From: Paraspadella gotoi
Taxonomy: Eukaryota > Animalia > Chaetognatha
Reading direction: 5' to 3'
NCBI GenBank assembly: GCA_051294375.1
Contig: CM119268.1
Location: 13,415,437 to 13,479,436 of the forward strand
Length of the DNA: 64,000 bases
Part shown: piece after piece, positions 50,923-64,000 of the stretch
How positions within the stretch are numbered: the stretch's first letter is position 1
Layout: each line of letters opens with the position of its first letter
The notes under the pieces: generated by a model
What the model was told of the DNA's origin: nothing
Database searches by the model: none
The model's input: the letters and a program-made list of their open reading frames with translations, nothing else
Made by a program: the position numbers and the translations under genes

Positions 50923-53900
50923 TCAAACGAGTGCACGAAGCATGAAGGAGAAAAAACAAGAGGGTCCTTTCACGTATACTGGTGCTGCAAGGGGTATGTC
51001 ATCTTGTGGCCTGACTGAGCGACGTTTCGTGGCCGGCGCTGCGTTGAATCCGCTGCGAGTTTCAGTCGTCGACGTCGAGATCCGTAAATACCGGTCACCG
51101 AGGCGCCTGCCCTCGGGGTTGTTCCGCCAACCCGGGCACGCGGTCAGTCCGGGGGGGCAGAGCGCCGGGAAGCGGGGCAACCCGGAGCCGAGCGGCAGAC
51201 CCGGCTCCCGGCGACTTGGCGTTGAGGCTCTGGATGTATTCCGGGAATGACGTCGCCGTCGCGCGCCGCATCGGTAAGAGATGGCGGAATTTGGCATCGT
51301 TGGCGGCGGAGAGCGTCGTTTGCGAATCCGGCGCGCGAGGGCGGCGGTCGAGGCGTCGAGACCGGCTGGGAACCGGTTGTGCTTGTCCCTGGGCCTCTGG
51401 GGGATTCGGGGAGCGAGGGGGTTGACGCTGGACGCTGCCTCCGCGCGCGCCGGCGGTCGGCGACGCCGTCGGCGTTTGTGCGTTCCTCGTCGACGTCGGC
51501 AGCAGCCCCTCTGACTTTCGATGGTCGTAGTTTTTACCCGGTGACGCGCAGGATTGGACGATTTAACGCCGACGAGAAAATAGCGTCGGCCACGCCCCTA
51601 CCAGCGTCCACGTAAACAACAGAAGAGGCGCTCAATGGGGAGACCGGAAGTGGGAGAAAGGGGCGAGGAAGCGTTTCGGGCGGTGGAAAGAAGAGATGAG
51701 GAGTGAAGACTCCGTCCACGACGACGACGAAGAAGATTAAAAAGAAGAAGATGAAGAAGAAGAAGAAGAAAGAAGAAGAAGAAGAAGAAGAAGAGAAGAA
51801 GAGTTCAAGAGAGCGTCGTAAACTCCTGTCTCCACCGACGCGACGTGTGAAAGACAAAGTTGAGGAGGAAGAGGAATTCACGAAGTAGTCGACGCCGACG
51901 AGCGACGAGGCTGGCGCCGACGAGGGAAGTGGAGGCGATGGTCAAGGCCTAAGGGAGGTGGGCGTGGCGATGGGGCGAGAGGGAGAGAAGATTTTCTTTA
52001 TCTATTAAAAATGAATTTGCAATTTCATTAAAGATAAAATCAGTTTTTTCTATAATTATTCATTCAACATTGGTTCTATTTGTTCAATATACTCCCTTTG
52101 TACTTGTATTGATTGGATTCAACTAAATTAGCTTTCGTTGCAAATAGCAATGTCAATTGATATTATACGAATTTTTTGTATGCCACAATTCGTAAACCGG
52201 TTTATCTTCCCTGATGTGCATTAAATAACTCTCACGCTTAAATTTGGAAAAGGTGTTGAATAATTGCTATTTGCACTTTCTCAGTTGAAAATTTACTCCT
52301 TATTTTTTTTTTTTTTTTTTTCCGTTCTGAGCTAAAAAAAGAACGATCTTTAGGGAATCCAATGAAGGCGGAAGCGCCCGCCTTTAATAGCATTTTTGAC
52401 ATTACACTTATGTTGTCTACAAGGGAAGGCGTTGCTGAGAATAAGTTTGGATCATTTAGTACAAATTACTTTTAAGATACTCCTTTTTTCGAAACAGAAT
52501 TTTTCGAAACATTCGAATTATTCGAATATTTTTTTTTCCAGTTTAACAATTTAACTATTTTAGTTTTTTTACCTTCTGAAAGTAAAGCGTCGCGATGCCG
52601 CACCGATAACATTCCGGCGCCAAAATGACGCCGATGGTGAGGACAGAACGGTGGTTGCCCTGGTAGAATACCGTAGTCAGCCACCAACGCGCCAGGCCGG
52701 TCAACGGACCCAGCGACAGACCCATGGCGAATAGGCCCCAGCGGCGTCCGCCAGGACGACCACGACGCCGCAAGAGCACGCCGCCACGCCGCCGCACGCC
52801 CGTAATTTGCGGCGTCGTCGTCCAGAAAGTTCTTGGCGGCGGCAGACGAGGTAAAGAACGAACGCCCATGAGGAATCCTTGGGTTTTAGAGGAATGGGTA
52901 TAAGAAGAACCGGTGACTGGTGAACAACCGAACATCTCGCAACAACAATGTTTACTCCTGATTATTAACAGCAACGTGAATAGAAGTTAAAATGTTAGTT
53001 AAACCATCCAACCCTTTTCCTCACCCAAAGAAGAACATGGATGCTTTGGAAGAGTCGTAGCCGAAGACGACGAAAAACGAGGCGAAGACGACCGACGAAC
53101 CGCCGCTGTACGATGCGACGTCGCCCAGATCATAGTCTTGGAAACGATCGTGGCAAGCGGCGACGTCGTCGAGGTGGCGTTGCGTCATCCGCGGTCGGAA
53201 GTGGAGAACGGGAAGACGGTCGACGTCATCGTCGGCGGGGGAGTGGCGAGTTGGAGCAAGGAAGCCAGGCGTTGTGGAAAGAGTTTGGGAGTGGAGGAAG
53301 CGGCGTCAAAAAGGTGAGTAAAATAAACGTTGAGGTTCCGAGGAGATTAATGAAGGTGAGGTTTTCGAAGAGAAGAAAGGACACTGAGGGTAGAGGCGTC
53401 GGGTGAAGGCACTGGAGGTTTTTCCGGATTATTTTTTTTTCTTCTTTTGTGTTCTTGACTCTTTTTTCCTCAAATTTAATGGTGTTTTTCGTTATTGTCA
53501 AGGTTGGAATATTAATCGTCAATTGTTTTGCCTATTTTCGCTGAGATTTTTATGAGTTTTATTTTTTTTTTTTAATAATTGTTTTCAAAATGAATGTTTC
53601 GAATGAGGAAGAAAAAAACTCCAGAGAGGCGATGAAAACGATCGAGGGAGAAAAAATAAAAAAGAAAGATAAAAAAAAAAATAGAAGAAAAAAGAATCCA
53701 GGAGGCGAAGGTTTTTTTGATTTGAGGTTTTATTTCTTGTTTTATTGGGGGGGGGAAGTAGACAGGAAACAAGCGTTGGAGAAGGGGGGGAAGAAACGAT
53801 AGTCACATAGCACCTCTGGATTACGACGAAATCTGGCTTGGGAAAAGTATTGAGCCAGAAACTGGTGGAGTTTGTACGAATAGTTTAGTATCTCGACGTT

Positions 53901-54487
53901 ACGCTAACTAAAATCGACGAGAAAATAATGGGGGACTTTTTTTTTGGGTTGAAATTCGTGTTCTGCTTCGTTTTCCGGAAATCCATGAAAAAAATATACA
54001 AAATATTTGTTTTATTAATTTTTTCGTACGGGGAACGAATATTCGTATTGTTTTTGAATTGTGTTTTTTTCTCCCGAATTTTCACTGAGATTTTAAAACC
54101 AATTTTTCGTCCAAAGTCGAGGAAAGCGAAAGGAAGAACGACGTTGGCGTGACCGTGGCGGACAACGTGGGCGTGCGACCGTAGCGAGATTGTGACAACG
54201 CGGTCTTCCCTACTCGGCGCCGACGTGGACGCGACTGGAATCGCCGGCCGCCCGAAATCTTCGTCCACTCGATCGATCTCGATCGGTCTATAGGCCGACG
54301 AAGCCGGTGGTACTTCCGTCGTCGTTATCTTCGTCGTCGTTGTCGTTTTTTCTGAAACCCTTCTTTCCAACGTAGTAACCTCGACCCCATTTCCTTTCGC
54401 TCCAGAGAAAATCGTTTTTTAATCGACGTGGAAACAGTTGAACTTTTTCGTCGAATACGGACTGAATCGGCGGTCCACGTTTGGCGG
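50923..54487 (-). CDS. Tentative multi-exon membrane protein (two hydrophobic segments, Ser/Pro/Arg-rich tail); frameshifted, product unknown
   Basis: GC-rich blocks with plausible AG/GT ends: ~54487-54154, ~53411-53025, ~52957-52574, ~51948-50923. Third block gives CGVVVVLA..GLFAMGLSLGPL and SVLTIGVILA...GIATLYFQK|gt after frame correction. Confidence 0.4.
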
Positions 54488-54577
54488 AAACTCCTTCTCG
54501 GGTCCAACTGTTTTGGAAGGGAAAAAAATAAAAAAAACTCATTTATGGAACACAAACACCATTAAGAGAGAGAGAGA

Positions 54578-54608
<31 letters not shown>

Positions 54609-55685
54609 AGAGAGATGAGAGAGAGAGATGGAGAGAGAGGAAGAGAATAGTAAGGTTGTAGGTAAAGCGAAAGAAGACTGTTTGTATCAAATTTGTTAAT
54701 TTTCGGCCAATTTTCTGTCTTTCGGTCTTAGCTGGTTTCTGTTCAGCCTCGATGCCGGTTCGCCCGTCACGATTCTCTATCTTCGTTTCGGCGTCTTGTT
54801 TTCTCCCGGTCCAGTTTTTTTTTTTGTTTGTTTTTTTTTTTTGCTAGAAAACAAAAGGATGGAAGCCGAAGCCACCGTTTTTTTTTTCGTTCTTTTGGAG
54901 TTTTTTTTTTTTTTTTATTAAGTTTAATCACAACTTCCTATGTCTGTTGTTTGTCTCAAACAACCGTCTTCATTTGAGTCATACAAAATTGATTAAAATT
55001 TTTCTAGTTGGTATTAACTGTAAAAAAGTTTTTTTGGGGGGGGGTTTTCCCCCTTTTAAAAAAGAGAGAAAGCATTTCTCCCTACTGGATTCCCAACTTG
55101 GCTCTTTGTCAGATTTTGACGGAAATGCGTATTTCATATTTTTAGCTTTTAAATTTTGGCAAAAACATTTGGTTTTTATTCGATTCCACGAAGCGCGACA
55201 ATGGACGGGGTGAAGGTGAGAGAGAGGAGAGAGAGAGGAAGAGCAGAGCAGAGAGAGAGAGAGAGTTTTACCGAGTCAATTTTTTCACGTCTGTATGCGC
55301 GTAATGGTGCTGCAGGTGGGCGAAAGTCCGACCTGTGACGTTGTTTGAAAGGAAAACAAACCCTTTGCCATAATTTACGTCGCAAATAAAAAACATAAAC
55401 AAACACTACAAAAAATTCTTTGAAGAGAAAAAAAGGAAGAATAAATTTTGAGAATAAACTCGAGGAATCATAAAAAAAAGGAGAGGAAAAAAAAAGAAGC
55501 CACAACAGAAACTAATCAACGAGAAAAGCTTTCCCAATAAAAAAAAAGAAGAAAAACTAACTGCTAATAGCCAATCAGCGCAGTGAAAATAAAAAGAAGA
55601 CCAGAAAAAGGCTGCCAAAAAAAAAAGCGATATGTGAGAAGAGAGAAAAAGAGGATGAATGAGAGAGAGAGAGAGAGAGCAGAGA

Positions 55686-55720
<35 letters not shown>

Positions 55721-57884
55721 GAGGAGAGAGAGGCAAAAAGCAGAGCTCTCTCCACCCGGTGTAAACCCAAACACTGGATCAAGCCGAGTACCTAGTACGG
55801 CGACTTCCAATGTACGCTGCTGCTTCCCCACGATATCCAAAAGAGGAAAGACACGCAACCTTCCAAGATTTTCCGCGGACATTCTATTTTTTTTTTTTAC
55901 CCTTTTTTTATGAGGGGTAATGAATGGGCAATGAATCGAAGATGAACGATCGATGAATGAATAGAAGGTAATCATGGTTTAAAGAGGATTCCCTGTTGTT
56001 TATGTGAGGAGGAGAAACCGACTCTTGAGAAGCCGCATTAAATGTGGATTTTTGATTAAAGCACCAAATCTAGATGACAACGTATAGTGAAAATGAAGAA
56101 AAATCATGAAATCCGCCATAAAGTTGATTCTACATATTAAAATTTAAAAAATAATAAAATGAAGAACGAGAAATTAATAAATGAAAACCATGATGGTTAA
56201 ATTACCATTTAGTCAAATGATAAAAGAAATCGATAAAATAAATACATAAAAATAAAATAATGAAAGAATAAACAAAAATCGAAACAGAACAAAACAACAA
56301 AGGAAACAACAAAAAAGTTAACGCAAAAATTACGCGAAAACGAAAGGACCAGCGGAACGAAAAAGCGAAGGAACCAAGGAACCAGAGAACGAACGAATGA
56401 ATGAAAAACGACCTCTGAAGGAAAGGCGTGAATTGTGAATTGAAAGCAAAGATTTTTCTCGCGAGAAAAAGATGAATGGATAAAGTAACTCTCCACTTCT
56501 TTTCTTTTTTTTTCCATGAAATGATTTGGGCTAAAAATGAAACCGAGAATTTGGTTGTTGTTGTTGGTGTGTCTTTGTTTTCAATAATAATTTTACCACA
56601 GCTTCTTTTAATTCTTAATTAAAAATAATATTTATTTCTATTCCATTATTCATAAATAAATTTTGTCGAAATATATAATTAAATAAAACGGTTAAGAGGG
56701 GAAGAGTGAACACGTGACCCGGTATTCCATGACCCTAGCTCCGATCCTCGCCGCCACTTTTAATTAATAAGCTTCCCCGGGCGGCGACGTCCAATCGTTT
56801 GGTGATGAACACGGTATAGTCGGCTGGCGATTTGGTAGCTAGAATTGGCGACTGGCCTTTTTCTTGTTGGAAAGCTTGAGGAAAATTTGGAAAGCTTGGA
56901 AAGCTTGGTGAAAGATCGGTCGCAACAGTCACACGAACTGTTTGCACGAACGTGAAAAACCCCCCCTCGTTTCGCTGCGAAAACGAAAGGAAAAATTTCG
57001 GAAGTTCAAGAAACTTTACAACCATAAAATTCCATCTCAGCCGGAAAAAAATGTGTGAAGGCTGAACTTGTGATGACGATGCGATTGGGTAACGAGTTTT
57101 TAAATTAGAGAGAGAGAGAGAGAGAGAGACGAGAGAAGAGAGAGAGAAGAGAGAGAGAGAGAGGAGAGAAGAGAGAGAGAGAGGAAGAGAGAGAGAGAGA
57201 GAGAGACTCCGGAACGATAAAGGGAGAAAGAGACTGTTTTTGTTTGTTTTGCCAAGTCAAAGTTTCACTCTGCAATTTTCCGTGGGGAGAAACTCCAATC
57301 CCGTCGCCAGATTAAAACACGAGAAGTGAATATTTTTTTATTTCTTTTCCTTTTCTTTTTTTTTTTTTGAAATTTGGATGTGTAGTACTGGTTTTTCAAT
57401 TTTAATTCCAGCCACGTAATGCTGAAGTGAAAGGGTAAAACTAAATGTGAGAACTACGTACCTCTCACTCGGGAAGCCTTTTTTCCGGGTCGAGCTGCAT
57501 CGTGCGCGAGTGATTAACCAGAGGTTTCAGTTGGAAAGGGTTGAAAATGGGAATTCTCTGTGAGGTCCTTCGACGTCGACGCGCGGGGGAAACGGGTTAA
57601 ACGCTCAAGCGAAATTCAACCGAGGAAAAAAAAAGTTGTGAATTGAGTCGGAAACGCGTTTCGGGTGCCATCGTCTTGGAATCGTCTGGAATTGGCGGGC
57701 CGGAAAAGCCGGTGACGCCTTGTGACACGATTGCTTGTCACGTTTCGATCCCGAGGCCCTTTTTGAAAGGGAGACAGAGAGGGATAAGACAGAGAAATAG
57801 AGACAGAGACGAGAGAAAGAAATCGAGAGAACCGTCCTAGCGACAGCAGACAGCTTCGTCAAGAATATGGGAGAGAGAGAGAGA

Positions 57885-57953
<69 letters not shown>

Positions 57954-58707
57954 CAGGTGACGTAATAACGGCAAAAAAAAGGGAAATGATAGTGGATTAA
58001 TTCGACGAAAGACCTGAGCAGAGATATATAAAATAGGAAGAGAACACTAATCCTGACCTTTTATTCGTTTTGTCAGTTTGAGGTCTTTTCAAGATTCAAT
58101 TATAAAAAGAAGAGACGAAATTCGAAATAAACTAATGAAGAAGAAGAAGAAGAAGAAAAGAAGAGAAGAGAAGAAGAAGAAGAATTAGAAGAAGAGATTA
58201 TTCTGGATGAAATTGACGGATGATTAAAATAAAATTGGATCAAAATGTAGAAAAGCCTGAGGCGCGGCGGCGAAGAATGATCCTAAGGAAGTCGCCAGTG
58301 AAAGTTTAAAACGCATTATCCTGGAAAGCGTCGTTAACTTTTCATGTTTTAGTTCCACGCGGTGACAAATATGCTTAAAAAATTAAGAGTTCATATACTG
58401 GGGTAAAAAAATGTAACGAAAACCCGGTTTAGGAAGAACTTAGTGACAACCAATGACGAGATGAAATTATATCAAAGAGACCACGAAAGAATGATAGCGA
58501 AATTTTTTTTGCACAAGCCAATGGCGCTCGTGCGAGGTCAAAGAGGAGAAGCAGCAGGCGCCTCTCGAGCAAGCTCAGCCGCGGAAATAACAACTACGCA
58601 ACTACAACAAAACCAGACTACGTGACGCAGTGACCGAAGGTGCAAACGTCTGCGAGGCTTCCTTGCTCGTTGGGGACGTATTGCGGCATGAAAAACTATT
58701 CGGGGAG

Positions 58708-58770
<63 letters not shown>

Positions 58771-58775
58771 AGAGT

Positions 58776-58827
<52 letters not shown>

Positions 58828-59241
58828 TGATGGGAATACTGATGAGCCGCGGTATCACCTTTGGAAGGAAAACCAAATGTCGCCTATGATGAAACTCAGT
58901 CGGAGAAAAAAAATAGTCGCGGAATATCTGATTGAGCTCGATCGTTCGCGTTGTTTGTCTTTTTGTCACACGGTATAGACTCGGTGACATTTTTCATTCG
59001 TTGGAGGAATTTTTAATCTACTGCATTAATTCATTTTTTTTAAAAACGAACGAACGACCGACGACGATAAATAGAAGACAATGAACGTCACGACCACGAA
59101 CACGACTTTCTGCTGTTTTCTAAACACCGACGTCGTTAATTTTTTTTTTTTCTCTCCTCTTGTTTAATTTTGCATCGTTTACTTGTTTATGTAAATGAGA
59201 ATAAAGAAATTTCCGGGCCCGGCGATGGAAGAGAAAAGAAG

Positions 59242-59281
<40 letters not shown>

Positions 59282-59289
59282 TGAGAGAG

Positions 59290-59329
<40 letters not shown>

Positions 59330-59441
59330 AAAAATTGCAGTTGCTTTCCAGTTTAAATTCTATCTTCGCTGCTTCGACGATGAGGAGGCGCGCAGCAGGA
59401 AGCGACGTTGTTATGGGCGAAAACATGGTGCTTGGAATCGT

Positions 59442-59504
<63 letters not shown>

Positions 59505-59794
59505 AGAGAAGGATGGAGAGATGGGAAAGAGAGAGCTAGTGAGGATGGAGAGATGGGAAAAAAAGGCAGGAAGGAGAGAAAGGTGGAAAGAATGATGTAG
59601 AATGAAATGATGGAGGGATGGTAAGTGGTTACGTCCGTTCACTGCGGGACACGGGGACGAGAGAGAGAGAGAGAGAGAAGAGATTGGTCGTAACGGGCCG
59701 AGGATAGAGAGAGAGAGAAAAACAGACACATTAGTCATTGCCAGGCTTCCACCTGAGACACAACTTCATAGAAATGGCCAAAAGTCTCTCTCTG

Positions 59795-59827
<33 letters not shown>

Positions 59828-60699
59828 TCACTGAGTATCGTAGTTTCGTGATGAATCCAAAATCGGTCAGCTAAATTTTACATGAAAGCTAATAGCCGTC
59901 TCAAAAGATTTTGAAAAGCGGAGCGAATCGCTTTTGTTTTGACTTTAAATTCAGATGCAGAGAGAGAGAGTAATAGAGAAAGCAGAGAAAGAAAAAAGAG
60001 AGAAATTGTGGCCGATAAAGACGGGAATGAAAATATTTCACTGGGGAATCGAACAACTATGAAAATAATCTTCCAAAAAAAATAAAAAAAATAAAATAAA
60101 ATAAAATTAAAACGCGGAATCAACGTCGGGTTTTTAAAACGGAGAAAATATATTCCGAGGACCGAGGCCACACAGATAATTTACATTTAAGCTTTTGTTT
60201 TCATTCGATTAAAATCTTAAGATTTTTTTTTTTTTGATGTTTTTACGAAGAAAAACAAAACTGCGGGCTGGAAACGCGTCACTTGAGACAAAGAACGATG
60301 GAGGAAGGAGGAAGAGAAGATGAGGAGGAGGAGAAAAAGGGAGGATGAGGAGGAAGAGGAGGAATCGGGAGAGGGCGAGGGGGGAGGGAGGGGAGGTGAG
60401 GGATGGAAAAAAAATGTATTTTTAGAGCGAAGAACGTCGACGAAAATGAGGAAAGTAGTTTTTGTAATTGAAACGACATTGGAGTAGGAGGAGGAGGAGA
60501 GGAGAGGAGAGAAGACTTGGGCGACAGTGATAGAGAAGCGGTTGGAGGTCCGTCGATGGATTTATACCAAGTGTGACGCCGTCAGACGACGACGAAGATG
60601 ACGACGACGACGACGAAGACGACGACGAACACGGAAAAAGGTCGTGGCGATGTTTGTGGTTGTCGACTTGTTTTCGTTTTGATTGTATTATCTAACATT

Positions 60700-60766
60700 A
60701 GTATTATTATTATTAATTAATTTATTATTATTTTATTATTATTATTTATTATTATTATTATTATTA

Positions 60767-60825
<59 letters not shown>

Positions 60826-60965
60826 TATTATTATTATATTATTATTATTATTTTAATAAGTAAATAATTTAAAAAACAAGCAAAAGGTGACGAAGAAGAT
60901 GACGAGTGCGAAGAATTTTGTGGAAACTCGCAACTCGCATGAGTCAAAAGAGGAGAGAGAGAGAA

Positions 60966-61042
<77 letters not shown>

Positions 61043-62016
61043 CACCAAAAGAGGCGCTAATCAGAAGTCAAAATCCGATTGTTCTAAGTCGCCAGTCTTT
61101 CCTTTATTTCCGCTCTTGACCGAGGACGACGCCGACGACGACGACGACGACGACACGACGACGACGAACGAAGAAGATACGTCATCGACCACGACGACCA
61201 CCATGATGACGACGACGACACGACGACGACAAGGTCGTGAGGACACATTTCGAAAAGGATTAAAGGGGGATAATTTTGATGACATTTTTTTTCGATTCGA
61301 AGTTGATTGCGGTTTTCCTTTAGATTCATGAAGTCATCGCTGTGTAGTAGGAATCGAAAGCAAAGAAAGCCATCTGAAAAAAAGAATGAGCTAAAAAAAA
61401 AATAAATAAATAAAAAATAAAATGGAAATGTCATGAAATGAAAGTGAAAGGAAAAACCCGTCAAACTAGGCAAACAAAAACAAAAAAAAAAGTCGGGAAG
61501 GAATAGAAGGAAAACCAAAACAAAGCCGTCGGGAATAGAAGGATCGTGACGAATGAAAAACCGAGGAAAAATAATCATGATTTTTCGATCATCCAAATGT
61601 TGTTTTTTTTTTCCTCCATATCTACATAATATTATGATCATTGTCGCGGTGATGGTATTTTTTTTTCAGTTTTTCGAGGCGGCAGCCAAGAAAACAGCAT
61701 TGGAAATCGCCGTTTTAATTTCTCGCTGATTCGCACCGAAGTTTTCAAAAGAGCCCCCCCTCTTCCTTTAAACACAGAACGAACAGTTAGGCCCCGCAAG
61801 GTCTTTAAAACTAACACCCGCGGTTCGGGCGGCGGCACCGGAGATCCCTGGCGCCCGACGGCGAGTGGCAACCCCCGACGGCCCCCCGAAGAACCCGGAA
61901 GATATCTCCCACTAAAAACGGAAGGAGACAAAACGTCCCCGAAGATGGGGCCGTCCCTGGGGGCTCCCGAGCCCGGAAGGGTTAAGGAATTTATTATTTT
62001 AGGCGAAGAGTGTCAG

Positions 62017-62073
<57 letters not shown>

Positions 62074-62483
62074 AAGAGAGGCCGTCGGGGCCGCCAGGGA
62101 TCTCCGGTGCCGCCGCCCGAACCGCGGGTGTTAGTTTTAAAGACCTTGCGGGGCCTAACTGTTCGTTCTGTTGTTAAAGGAAGAGGGGGGAGGCTCTTTT
62201 GAAACTGTTCGGTGCTGAATCAGCGAGAAATTAAAACGGCGATTTTCCGAATGCTGTTTTTCTTGGCCGCCGCCTCGAAAAACTGAAAAAAATTCCATCA
62301 CCGCGACAATGATCATAATATTATGTAGATATGGAGGAAAAAAAAAACAACATTTGGATGATCGAAAAATCATGATTAGTTTTTTCATCGGTTTTTCATT
62401 CGTCACGATCCTGTCTATTCGCGAGGCTTTGTTTTTGTTTTTCCTTCTATTCCTTCCCGAGTTTGTTTTTTTTGTTTTGTTTG

Positions 62484-62519
<36 letters not shown>

Positions 62520-62688
62520 TATTATTATTATTATTAATTATTATTATTATTATTATTATTATTATTTATTATTATTTTAATAAGTAAATAATTTTTAAAA
62601 AACAAGCAAAAGGTGAGAAGAAGATGACGAGTGCTGAAGAATTTTGTGGAAACTCGCAACTCGCATGAGTCAAAAGAGCGAGAGAGAG

Positions 62689-62768
<80 letters not shown>

Positions 62769-63748
62769 CACCAAAAGAGGCGCTAATCAGAAGTCAAAAT
62801 CCGATTGTTCTAAAGTCGCCAGTCTTTCCTTTATTTCCGCTCTTGACCGAGGACGACGCCGACGACGACGACGACGACGACACGACGACGACGAACGAAG
62901 AAGAATCACGACCACGACGACCACCATGATGACGACGACGAACGACGACGACAAGGTCGTGAGGACACATTTCGAAAAAGGATTAAAGGGGGATAATTTT
63001 GATGACATTTTTTTGTCGATTCGAAGTTGATTGCGGTTTTCCTTTAGATTCATGAGTCATCGCTGTGTAGTAGGAATCGAAAGGCAAAGAAAGCCATCTG
63101 AAAAAAAGAATGAGCTAAAAAAAAATAAATAAAATAAATAAATAAAATGGAAATGTCTGAAATGAAAAGTGAAAGGAAAAACCCGTCAAACTAGGCAAAA
63201 CAAAAACAAAAAAAAAATCGGGAAGGAATAGAAGGAAAACCAAAACAAAGCGTCGGGAATAGAGAGGATCGTGACGAATGAAAAACCGAGGAAAAATAAT
63301 CATGATTTTTCGATCATCCAAATGTTGTTTTTTTTTTTTCCTCCATATCTACATAATATTATGATCATTGTCGCGGTGATGTATTTTTTTTCAGTTTTTC
63401 GCGAGGCGGCGCCAAGAAAACAAGCAATTCGGAAATTCGCCGTTTTAATTTCTCGCTGATTCGGCACCGAAAGTTTTAAAAGAGCCCCCCCTCTTCCTTT
63501 AAACACAGAAACGAACAGTTAGCCCCGCAAGGTCTTTAAAACTAACACCGCGGTTCGGGCGGCGGCACCGGAGATCCCTGGCGCCCCCGACGGCGAGTGG
63601 CAACCCCCCGACGGCCCCCCGAAGAACCCGGAAGATATCTCCCCACTAAAAACGGAAGGAGACAAAACGTCCCCGAAGATGGGGCCGTCCCTGGGGGCTC
63701 CCGAGCCCGGAAGGGTTAAGGAATTTATTATTTTAGGCGAAGAGTGTC

Positions 63749-63838
<90 letters not shown>
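60700..63838. repeat. Duplication-inversion-duplication: ~1.3-kb unit twice in direct orientation separated by a ~400-bp inverted internal piece
   Basis: Unit 1 ~60700-62080 and unit 2 ~62486-63838 both run (ATT)n ... GGCGAAGAGTGTCAG(AG)n; 62081-62485 is the reverse complement of ~61471-61862. Confidence 0.92.
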
Positions 63839-63839
<1 letters not shown>

Positions 63840-63840
<1 letters not shown>

Positions 63841-64000
63841 CGTAAAATTGCGGCCTCAGCAAATTTGCAACAAAAAATCGGCGAATAACTAATTGTAATG
63901 GAGAATGAATGGCCACTATAAAACGAGTAAAACATGGCGTAGACCATTAAATCGTCAGGTATACACGACTATTAAATTAGCAAAATTAACACGTAATATT
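63840..64000 (-). repeat. Inverted copy of 46949-47110
   Basis: GCGTAAAATTGCGGCCTCAGC...TTAACACGTAATATT is the reverse complement of AATATTACGTGTTAAC...GCTGAGGCCGCAATTTTACGC. Confidence 0.92.

Noticed and set aside
56735-57025. 96-aa ORF, with an HTH-like phrase in another frame (YQIASRLYRVHHQTIGRR)
   Set aside because: Too short, no transposase context; compatible with chance
61970-61985. piggyBac-like end AAGGGTTAA (also TTAACCCTT at 32012)
   Set aside because: No matching partner TIR found

Overview
Eukaryotic (invertebrate-like, probably protostome) AT-rich genomic scaffold, dense in (GA/CT)n, (ACG)n and (ATT)n microsatellites, with five N gaps. Most ORFs in the track are microsatellite or low-complexity artefacts. 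Supported genes: (1) an intact spliced heparan sulfate 2-O-sulfotransferase (HS2ST) on + at 9690-12425, first/TM exon not securely placed; (2) a convergent spliced C2H2 zinc-finger gene on - at 13027-14247; (3) a receptor tyrosine kinase domain (Trk/Ror/MuSK-like) in six + exons at 47486-~49560, missed by the ORF track because of many 1-nt insertions; (4) an antisense tRNA-Gly(GCC) in one of its introns; (5) a tentative two-TM gene on - at ~50.9-54.5 kb. Mobile DNA: two pieces of an L1/Tx1-clade LINE, a MITE with 8-bp TSD in an HS2ST intron, and a fold-back element with 7-bp TSD nested in an older hairpin. Large-scale structure: a 10.7-kb near-perfect palindrome (33812-44531), a duplication-inversion-duplication (60.7-63.8 kb) and an inverted copy of 46.95-47.14 kb at the window end. 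All have junctions in microsatellites or at 25-N gaps, so long-read gap-filling or fold-back artefacts are more likely than biology. I found no convincing new biological system; the best leads are the hidden RTK with unusual inserts, the microsatellite-primed fold-backs and a MITE junction that creates a branch-point consensus.
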